Positions 25,000-36,000 of a stretch of 64,000 bases of DNA are shown piece after piece. The notes below the pieces were generated by a model. It was not told where the DNA came from. It saw nothing but the letters and a program-made list of their open reading frames with translations, and ran no database searches. The stretch comes from Marsupella aquatica. Lineage: Eukaryota > Plantae > Marchantiophyta. Each line of letters begins with the position of its first letter. The stretch's first letter is position 1. The stretch is taken from assembly GCA_973895155.1 (NCBI GenBank), contig OZ316897.1, positions 5,287,976-5,351,975 of the forward strand, read 5' to 3'. The position numbers were made by a program, and so were the translations under genes.

Positions 25000-27900
25000 T
25001 GTGATGCCTAGCCAGGAATCACTAGGCCAGTTTAAATGATAAAATAAGGAGTAAACCCTGGAAACACATTAGTGTAGTAGCAAAAATATGGAAAATATAA
25101 ACAATTAAGGGTGGCTATGGAACCCGAGCCGAGGCCAGAAGTAAAAACACCGGGGGAGGGAACACAATTAGGGTTAGGGCGTGCTAAGTGCCGGTGGCTA
25201 TGGGTAACTAATGGGAAGGAAGACCAGTCAGGGAGGGGTAAGGATCGATCGCAAGGATCGAATGGCGGCTCATTTGCAAGCACGAACTAAGCAGATGACT
25301 ACGGGAGGCCAACTACTGTCTGTTTCTCAGGCAAGCACTCGGGTGGAAGCAGATACCAACAATCAACTCAAGAAGGGTATGAGCAACGTCAATCAAGCTG
25401 CTCATTTTTGGGGATGCCTGTCAGAATGGGCAACTAAGTACATTGGGACCTACGAGGACAAAGAATCAGAGAGAGCCGCTCGAGAACGGTAGGAGCTTGC
25501 TCGACTGTGGAAGCTGCAGAAGTCTGCCTTCTTAGGAGGAGAACTCATTACGGCTGAATTCTTGTGGACGCCTACTGCCGACGAACTCAACGATCTTCTA
25601 TTTTGTGAGAACAGAATAGTCAGCATCCGAGAGGCCATCAACCGCTGCAATGACATACACTGGGAGTTGAAGGGTAGCACGGAGGGGTGGACAAAGGCAA
25701 CCGTGCTAGGAGAAACATCCAGGGCAGCCGCTATGAAGAGGAAAGGGAACATCAATGAAGAGACCACCCCTGCAAAGAGAACGAGGTCGGCGGCACCAAG
25801 GAAGCCAGCCAAGCAAGGGAGCAGGAGGCAAGAAGAAGCCAAAGAAGAGGAGGTTGACCCCATCAATGCCGTTCCAACAAGGGATGACACCTGGAAAGGC
25901 TGGGCGGCGACCCTCCCCGAGCAAGTGCAATTACACTTTGCACGCAAAGAGGATGCATGCTTTACGGCTATGCAGACTTGGAAGTACCAGGGCTTCATGG
26001 CCGGATCCGGCTTGGAAGCCTTCGTAAAGTTACCATGGCTGAAGCCGGAGGTATCGGATTTAGACTTATTAGAATTCGTGGGATCTTGGGAGCTCAAGAC
26101 CAATTCCACAAGGGTGCATGCTTGGGAAAGAATTCTATCTCACTCCCCGAGTGATTGTCGAAGAGTTTGGCTTGCCGACGGGCAATAAGACCAAAGTAGA
26201 TACCCGGAAGACCTTGCCAGACAAGGAGTTCCGATCATTCCCAGGGCCATCAACAAAGAATGGCTTCTTTCGGAGCACTTGCACCAACCCGCACATAGGA
26301 GAGATAATCGATTTCTTGCGGGTAACCATGCACTGCCACTTGCCGAGGCCAGAGATCGGCAAGGCACAGGTTTACCTGGCGGAGAGGCCAGACCCCAGCC
26401 GGGACTACAATGGATACCTCCTCACCCAATTGAAGAAAATCTTGAAGGAGGAACAACAGGTGATCGGCAAAGGAAGCGTGTGCCGGCTTGGCTATCATAT
26501 GCCGCTGTTGTGCCGGTATGCCCGAAGTCAGATATTCGCCCCGGTACTTCCCTTGCAGGCAAGAGCACCAGAGGAGGTTCCGGAATAGAGGCCGACAACA
26601 GAGAAACCGACCCAGCCCGACAGTCCTACAATTGAGCAGGTGTTTAGGCCGAGGAAGGAGGACTTGCCGATGCAGCAACCAGGCATGCAAAATCTGCTAA
26701 AATTGCTGGAGAAGGAAAGGAGAACGGCAACGGCAACGGCAACGGGACCGATACAGAATACTGCTCCCAAAGTTGGCCTAAGCCAACTTACCAAGGAAAA
26801 CCCCTTTACCGGGGTCAAGGAGAGAAGGAGGTCGGACCACAAGCTGGGAGTCCAAATGTATGTAGGAGCCTCAAGTCCCAAAGCCAAGGAAAAGCAGCCC
26901 GAAGCTCCTGGTCGCGACAGGGAGAAGAAGAGATCAACGTGGAAGTTGGAGGAACCAGGACCCGTGATCTGTGAGGCCGTGTTCACGGCAAAACCAGGAG
27001 AGCAGCGGGGCGAGCTGGTAGTCCAAGCCGTAGAGGAGGCGATAGAAGACTACGAACATGATGACTCCGGCTACGGGTCGGACCATCATGTTCCAAGAGT
27101 AAGGACCTATGGCAGGTTCATCCCCACTCTTCCAAGAGTAGTTCGAGGGGACCCCACCCAACAGAGTAGCCCCGAGTCTCCCCCACCAGATGTCGCTCCC
27201 CCGAGCTTTGATGACATAAAACAGATGGCACAAGAGTTTCAGGAGCGACTCAGGGAGGAAGAGAAGGCAGCCCTGGCTAGGGAGAAAGATTTACCATGGG
27301 GAGAATGGCCAAAACACATCAGGCGGCTTGCAGAAAAATGAAGCAGCCCTCCAGCCACGATAGAAGAAATCCCCAAGGCGGCTTGGGAACAGAGGCCGCA
27401 ATGGTTGATGCCGATGACTTCTACTCACTCCGCCTATGCTTAAGAAAGAGCCATGGAGTACGGGGAGATGTGTGGGAAACTTGCGCTCAACATTTTTGGG
27501 GAGGAGTTGGAGCAGGGACCCTTTTTCCAGAGGGAGATGTTGGAGAAGCGCCGATTAGAAGAAGCGGTGGCTTTGGAGATAAGCAAGAAGGACGAGGTCA
27601 TCCATCGGCTTACGGCAAGGGAAACCGAGGTAGAAGACCTGAAGGCGGCCAAGAAAGCCCAAGATGAGTTGCGGATTAAGCGGCACGAGCTAAACATCAT
27701 GCAGGGGCAATTGGATACCGCGCAGTCTGATAATCAGATTATCAAGGATAAACTGACTCGGACCCAAGGAGAGTTGGCCGATGCAATCAAGGAGAAGGAG
27801 AAGTGGAAGTGAGAGCTAAGAGATGCAGAGGAGGCCCACATAGCAGCCAACAACCGGGCCATGGCGGAGACCCAGAGAAGGGAGAGGGCGTTGAAGGGGG

Positions 27901-28118
27901 AGCTCGAGGATATCCACGGAGCCCTTGAGCAGAAGGAGGCCGAGTTAGGAAAATCCTATCAGGCGATCATTGTGCTACGACAAGAGCTTGCATCCATGAT
28001 GGCCAGCTTCAAGGCCGACCTCCGTGAGAAAGACGACCAGCGCAACCAGACTTATGCCAAGATGAATAAAATGGAGTTTGAGGTCGTAACTGAGCTCGAC
28101 GAGGAGCTAAGAGCAACC
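25000..28118 (+). mobile_element. Family I unit, copy c (5' terminus intact, 3' deleted, ORF disrupted)
   Basis: Starts TGTGATGCCTAG as at 37743 (-). Peptides are nearly identical to the 1210-aa ORF. Homology ends at ..GAGCTAAGAGCAACC (28118), where family II sequence begins. Confidence 0.88.
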
Positions 28119-29809
28119 AGAATTCATGTTCAAACTGGCGGCAGGTCGCCATTCGCACGCTTGGGTTGCGAGCATGTAATGGGCCCCCTTTCCCCCTCCC
28201 TTGGGTCCGTATAACAAACTCCAGGAGGCGGCCACTGACACGAGCTGATCCGGACCGGCGAAGTGGCTGGTACACTATGAGCATGAAAGGCTCGGCCTAT
28301 AAGCAATGAGGAGACGTCAGGCAATCGACGAGCTCTCAGGGTATAAAAGGGGGGCCGATCCTTGGCAGTGCACCAGTTCTTTAGTCCACGCGCCAGCTTT
28401 GACCCCAGCTCTCTCGCTTATCCTTAGTCACCTGCTATCTCCTTTGAATGTTGCACACAATCCTTTCCAATTTGGCCATATGATTTTGGACACAGTTCCT
28501 GTCTATCGGAGGGCACTTGGCCGACTCATTGAAACACGCCAACCCACGCCAATACAAGATCGAACGTGAATACGAGAGAGCCATCCGCCTAGCAGGCCGC
28601 CACCACTATCTCCTTAACTTTGAGTACCCGTCCCAGAGCAAGCTTTACCGACCCAAAGAGGTATCAGGGTACTTCTTTGACGGAGGCAAATACATCAGCT
28701 TCTGGGAGGCATTGCTTCGGCTTCCAGACAAGGTCTTCAATATCCCGGGCACGATTGACTTGCAGTGGCACCACTTTGACCACATCCTCGCTCGGGTCCG
28801 GGCTATCATCAACAACGTGTTCAACACTACCCGGTCGACAGGGCCGTCTACACTTGCTTCAGAAAACCTCCATCGGCACCTGCAGAACTTCATGGCAACT
28901 CTACCATCAATGACCAATGTCGGCCAACCTGTGCCCGTACCCGCACCTACACCTCCTCGGCCTCAACCAAACCGGTCCCCGCCACCGGTCCCATCACCTC
29001 TCCGAGTACGATCCGTGGTGAATGCGATGAATATTAGCTCCAAAGACGAGGAGGCTCACCCTCCTCTGAATTGACGGCCGCGGGGTACGGACAACCCAAC
29101 ATCACTCCAGCAAGCCCGAGGGGATAACACGGTAACTCTAGCGGCCCGACACCAATACTCACGGCAGTCGCGCTACCACCACGTGACCGAGAGGAAGGAG
29201 AGATGTCCCCTTCTTCTAGTCACCCCGGGAATCAGTCTCGGGGTAGGAAGAGGAAGGAACCCGCAACCGTATCCGGGTTGCCGTTGGCCACGGTTGCGGT
29301 AGCCAAGCTGAGCATGCATCGCATGGGGGACAATGTTCACAAGAACATCCTCCACCCCAAGCATGCATGCTATCTGAAGACCCAAGGGTTTGAGCACCTT
29401 GCCTCTCTCCCTTGGAACGGAAGCAGGTACTATGGGTAGGATATGACGGAGTTCATTCAGAACTTTGACGAGGCCCATCAACAAACCCGAGCGCATGGGA
29501 GAGTGATGTGTCTCAATGAGGCACGTTTGAAGATGATTTTTGGCTTACCCGAGGGGATAAATCGAGTAGAGTCGCGGGCTTCTGGGGGCAAGGGAGCTAA
29601 GTACCAATCCTCTAGCTTCCCGGCCGAGGGGGTAGTGGACAATGGGTTCTTAATGAGGATGTGCCTCATCCCGGAGGTAGCAGAACGCCTGAAGTTCCAG
29701 CGGTATGCCCTCCACATGATGGAACCCAGAGGTGAAATATCGGCCGCCCAGGTCATCTAGGTGGAAAACTATCGGCCCAGGAAGTGGGCGTCCTTCTTCA
29801 TCAAGAAGT

Positions 29810-32069
29810 TGTGGAATGGCAAATCAGAGTTATGGAGTAAAACTGGTACAATTTAAGACTTTTTGTCACCACTTGAGAGTTTTTGGAAGCATCTGATCAC
29901 CCCTTAACATATTTCCTTGAAATTTTGTTTTTCATTTATTAATGAAGCCACGAAAGACCCCATAGCAGGGGGACACCGCAAACAACACCAAAAGAACCAG
30001 AAGCAGCCATGCCCCACATAAAGGACAGCCAGTGAAGCAAACTATGTTTGCCAAAAATCGGCGACAAGTGCCAGCAACAAGCCAAGCATGCCATGCGTGA
30101 CCAAAATTCAGAGGCCAATACCTAGCAAGGCGAACTAACCAACTAAACTAAGCTCTCATATGCCTGGGCCAGTAGCCAGAAACCAGGGGCCAATACTGAG
30201 CACGACAGACTAATAGCTATAAAATTATCACAAATGTCCACGCTAACAGTCGTGAGCCAAGGCATCAATAGACTACATCCATGAGGTCCAAAGATGACCT
30301 CAGCCAAACGTGATCCACACCTGACAGCTATTCAACCACACAACTCGCTCTTCATTAATAAGTTCTTTGACACGCATCATTCTGGTGCGACGCCTGCCCA
30401 ATGGCAAGCTCACACCCACCGCAGTAACATGGTCAGTTGCTTTCGATAGTATAAATCGAAGATCAAATTTCCTGCAGCCATTTGCCTGAAACTCATGCAC
30501 ATTCCGTCCTAACCATAATGACCAGAGGATCTGGTAAAAGATGAAAAGATTAGCAACTGTGTTGTGTTCTCTGCCAACTGTCAGATCCAACATGGATAGT
30601 AGCCTACTCGAGTAATCAGGAAAGGTGTCGTGGAAGCACCGAGCACCTAGGGCCCAGCATTTGTGTGCATGCTCACACTGAGCAAAGAGGTGGGGGATGG
30701 TTTCAGTGACACCGTGACACAGCTTGCAAAATCCATCTCCCTTGCCTATGCGAACCGCTCGGACTCCCGTAAATAATCTTGAGGCCAGGACTCTCCAGAC
30801 AAAAATTTTAGCCCGTGAGGATAGGTCAGACCTCCACAGTCCAGTCCAGGCCTCCTTCCATTCCTCAACTGATTTTGTGCTGCCCCAAGTGCGGTTCAAG
30901 CTACGAAAATCCTCTACAATAGGGCGAAGGATAGAGTAGGCCCTCCTGTTGGTGAGTCTAAAAGCATTCATCAGGGCCAGACCCCTTAACATATTTGAGC
31001 CTCAAAAGGAAGTTTTGGAAAGAAGTGAAGAAGTTGGGATTTCAGACTGAAGAATCGCTTCCTGCTAAATCCGGAGAAAATCGCTTTTAGCTAAATCCGG
31101 AGAAAATCACTTTTAGTGGATTTCGGTTTGAGGATTCTGCACCAACTTTGTCGGATGATTGCGGATCGGTCCGATGTCGTTTTGAGAAGATTTTTGGTGC
31201 ATTGGAAAGCTCTTTCCAAGGGTTGTAAGGAGAATTTTATTTTGGTCCCAAAAGACAAACTTCAGAATAATCCAAACCGATTCTCCAAGGTTTTTTGGCA
31301 TATGTTACTTAAATTGCTTCCTATCTCTTTTCTCACCTCTTGAGCTTTCCCATGAGTTAGATAGAGTAGGATATAGAGGGACATAGTTTAGTTTACCTTT
31401 AGGAATTAGATTTAGAGAGTCTTAGTCTTATTTTACCTTTTAGGACCTTAAGTTTAGATGAGAAAAGGTTTTTAGGCTTCTAAACCTTTTGGCATCTCAA
31501 ACCTTTTGAGGAAGCCTTACAAGTGGACTCCCAAGACCATGATTCATTGTCTTTTCTTCAACATTGATTTTTGACCAAGTGTGGGTTTTTTTCTCATGCC
31601 AAATTGGGCTTAGAAGAAAGAATTTAATGGAGAAGACTTGTACCACTCACATCAATTGAATTTCAAACATTTCATGGATCAAACTTCAGTATTCAAGTTT
31701 TGATGTTTGAATTAGTTGTAGGAAATAGATGTGAATGGATAACTAAGGTGTGCCTTTGAAATCTAGTTGAAATGGGAATTGTACCAACCTTCATGACGTA
31801 AAACTGATCACTACTAAGTGTATAAGGAAGTTAGAGGGAAGAGAAAACCTTTCAATCTATTGAGAAGAAGCCAAACCTAAGGAAATTCATTTCAGCATTT
31901 GTGACATAATAATCATTTCAGGATTATATAAGGAAAAATAGCAAAGAAATTGCTTGAAGATTTTGAACACCACAAAACCTTGGTAAATCGCTTTGTTTAT
32001 TCTTTAAGGGACCGAATCTTGGTATTTAAGGATATAATTACATACATTTTTATTATTCCACTTACCACA
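29810..32069. mobile_element. Solo LTR (non-coding, ~1.2 kb without the nested LINE)
   Basis: TGTGG...CCACA termini; perfect TSD GAAGT at 29805-29809 and 32070-32074. Confidence 0.88.
29915..30980 (-). mobile_element. 5'-truncated LINE (L1-like) with zf-RVT C-terminal ORF2
   Basis: 16-bp TSD ACCCCTTAACATATTT at 29899-29914 and 30981-30996. The ORF has KIFVWR..CKLC...ETIPHLFAQC..W..W..RN. AATAAA and an A-rich tail mark the 3' end. Confidence 0.92.
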
Positions 32070-33083
32070 GAAGTTCCACGAGGAGATGGAGCGGAGAAGA
32101 AAGACTTTGTACCTTGGCGGAAGGGCGTACTTCGCTAGCCACATCGAAATCATCATTGAGTGGTACGCTCGTTTCGACTGCCGCAGGCTCCCGCGTATCA
32201 ATGAGCCCGAGCTGACCCCATCAAAATGGGTGTTCAGAACAGGCCGGGCTTTAGCAGAACAGGCCGGGCTCGGAAAGGGCGTCGAGATCGCACGGCTCCG
32301 AACCAAGATTGACGGTTTGAAGGGACAAGCCGTCAGTTGGCAAAAGGATCTGGAGGAAGCTGACTCTAGGTCTCAGCGGGACACACCGGAGATTGACACC
32401 CTGAAGGCAGAGGTGGCGCGGCTTCAAGGAGAAGCCATGAAACAGGCCCAGTTGGTGGATAAGCTGACGAGCGACACCCAGCAACTGGAGGAGGCATGCC
32501 AGGAGGCCACGGAAGAGGCGGACGCGGCAAAGTGGGAGAATGAATCTCTACTGGACCAGGTCCAGCTACTCAAGCAAGACGTCGACAGACTCAGAAGACA
32601 GCGGGATAGCCGCTCCCACTCAGGCGGCTCTGGCAAGCGTGCCAGGCATTAGCGGCGGAGTAGGATTAAAATAGAGTTAGGAATAGCTAAATCAGGCAAT
32701 AGGGACAAGCACCTACCCTAGTTAAAGCAGCACTACCATGCTGTCCAACCTGCGTAGATTAGGATCTTCTAATAAGACAAGCCGTTTTCCGGCCTAACAG
32801 CCAGCTTAGTTAGGACCTTAGTTAGCAAATCTTTGGGCGCGAGGGCACTCCATTCCTCGGCCCTTAGTATTTAGTGCACCCCTCGGTAGAGGCAAGGGGG
32901 GTTTTTTAGTCTCAGTGTTGGACATCCGCGGTGTGTGCGGGGAGTCCCGACCTCTGGGAGTGAAAGAGTACCAAGGGGAGGGCGTAGGACTAAGCTTGCT
33001 GGGCGAGTGCGGAGCCGGGCTCCGTTGTAGTGTACACCCTCGGCCTTGGACTTGTTCATTCCAGAGCTTTCGGATCAACTAAG

Positions 33084-36000
33084 TGTGGTGCGTCCCATGG
33101 CTCCCTAAACCCAAGAAACCCCCCAGCTCAAGCCGATTCCCGCAGGTTTCGCGCTTGGCGAGGCCGTTTCCGCGGCTTAGCGGCATGGGACGCTGCTAAC
33201 CTTCTACTACTACTATTAACATTTTACACACATATACTGGACAGATCCTTCATCGGGTCATGAGATACGTAGCCGGCCTAATCTAGGCCTTCCCCTGTCT
33301 TCCCCTCCGTCTTGTTAGGTATGTTTGGATTCCGCCGCCCGAATGATCCCCAATAGGCTTGGTTAAGCCGCTAAGACCTCTCTCAGCTCGACACATCCAA
33401 CTCTCACTCCCCTGCTTACTTTCCTTCCTTTTGGTTGATGTGGGCACTCTTCACACAAGTTAATGCGACACACAAATAGCAAAATGACTCATTCTGACTG
33501 AGTCATACCATGCACTTGCCATACAAACAGTACATCTCATACACAAGTTCTGCGAACTAAGCCGTGAGGCCAACTCTATTCAGCTCTTAGGCATGAGGAA
33601 ACATGAATATACACAAGGGTCACTGTATGACTAACCGAGAGCTTCTCGTACTACTTGATCCCAGCCCGGCTGGTGCAAACTAAAAACTTGCTAAAGAAGA
33701 GGCCCTGAGCTCCCCGCTGCCCAGGTACTTATCCTGGTAGTGGATCCGCCATTCTTTGCATCGTAAGCCTAATCTACCTAACAATAATCTACTTGCCCGA
33801 ATCTACCTATGTACAGCAAGGCAGGAGCACAAGTGTTGCTCCTACCAGTGGGACCGCAATCCCACTAAGCTAAGTGTCAGGGCCGCTCCTGGTTCTGATC
33901 CTAATCCTAAACGTGGAGATCCGCGCCCGCCCTGCCCACTCACGCCTCCTCCCTCCACGTCCGCCCTCCCTAAAAGGAACGGCGCCCTTGCACCGTCACG
34001 ACACCGGTGGTGGATCCTTAATGGACGCCCCCAACGCTTCCTCCTCAGCCACTGCCGTAGGCTCATTCCCTGACAGATTACCTGCCCTTGACTGAGTCAA
34101 TTCTCCCTCGGCCTGACTGGGTCCACCATCGGCGTTGGCATCGGCTTGGGAATCGGTTACGGCCTCAGCCTCGGCTACGGTCTCCCCGGCCTGCTCAAGA
34201 GGCGGATCTGGAATACCGGCCTCATTACTGAGTAGTTTGGCTTGGGCCGCACCACCCCCACCTGTGATGATAGCGGGATCTATTGCCGTATTCATGCCGG
34301 AGGATGGTGCTGGTTCTACCTCTTTGGTCACCACGGCTTGTGGAGTCGGATTACTCCTTGACCCTGAAGGTTTCCGCTTTTTCTTCTTTTCTGGTTCGGC
34401 AGCTGGTCCCTTCCCCTTCCCACTTACTTCCGGCACTGGTGCAGTTGGCGCGGCTTTTTCTTCGGCCAGTACCACTCCTGGTAACTTGGTTGCCCCAATT
34501 GGAGTTGGGCCTGATGAAGACAAGCACTTAAATACTGCGGCTTGTTTCTTCAGCCGCTCCGTTTGGTTGTCGGCCCGCCGCTGGAGGTTCTCCATCTTCC
34601 TCGTGATTTCCTCCAACTCCTCCTGGGTCTCATCCAGGTCCTTGCGTGCCTCCTCTAGTTCCTTCTGGGCTTCCTCCCGTTCTTGTTTCAAGGTAGTCCT
34701 CTCCTCCGGGGTTGCTCTTAGCTCCTTGTCGAGCTCTGCAATGATGACAGACTCCATCTGGTTCATCTTGGCGTAAGTCTGTTTGAGCATCTCATCCTTC
34801 TCCCTTAGGTCGGCCTTGAAGCTGGCCGTCAGGGACGCAAGCTCCTGCTGCAGCGCCATAATCCCTTGATAGGATTTCCCTAACTCGGCCTCCTTCTGCT
34901 CAAGGGCTCCGCGGATTTTCTCGAGCTCCCCCTTCAACGCCCATTCCTTTCTTTGGGTCTCCACCATGGCCCGGCTGTTGGCTGTTATGTGGGCCTCCTC
35001 TGTATTCTTCAGCTCTTGCTTCCACTTCTCCCTCTCTTTGATCGTGTCGGCCAACTCTCCCTGCGTCTGAGTCAGTTTATCCTTGATATTCTGATTATCA
35101 GCCTGCGCGGTGTCCAACTGCCCCTGCATGATGTTCAGCTCATGTCGTTTAATCCGCAGTTCATCTTGGGCTTTCTTGGCCGCCCTTAGATCTTCAATCT
35201 CGGCTTCCATCCTCCTAAGCCGCCGAATGACCTCGTCCTTCTTGCTTCTCTCTAAAGCCACCGCTTCTTCTAATTGGTGCTTCTCCAACTGCTCCCTATG
35301 GAAAAAGGGTCCTACCTCCAACTCCTCTCCAAAGATGCCGAGCGCAAGTTCCCCACACATCTCACCATACTCCATGGCTCTATTCTTAGCGTAGGTGGAG
35401 TAAGTAGAAGTAATCGGCATCGCCCATCGCGGCCTCTGCTCCCAAGCCGTCTTGCGGATCTCTTCAATCGTGGCTAGAGGTTTGCTTCCTTTTTTGGCTA
35501 GCCGCCTGATGTCCTCCGGCCAATCTCCTCCTGGTAAATCCTTTTCCCTAGCCAGGGCTGCCTCCTCTTCCTGCTTGATTCGCTCCTGAAATTCCTGCAC
35601 TGTCTGTTTTATGCCGTCGAAGCTCGGGGGAGCAACATCTGGTGGGGGAGACTCAGGGCTACTCTGCTGGTTGGGGTCCCCTCGCACTACCCTTGGAAGT
35701 GTGGGGACAAACCGGCCACAGGTCCTTACTCCTGGGACGTGATGGTCCGACCCATAGCCGGAATTATCATGGCTGCAGTCCTCCACTGCCTCCTCTACTT
35801 CTTGGCCGTCCGGCTTCTCCCTCTCCTCTTCGGTAGGAGCTTCAGGCAATTCTGCCTCAGATTCGGAGCTTGAGATTCCCACATACATTCGAACACCTGG
35901 CTTGGATTCAGGCCTGATTCTCTCCTTGTCTCCAGCAAAGGGGTTTTCTCTTGTGAGCCGGTGTAGGCCTACCTCTGTAGTAGTGTCCTGTATTGTTGCC

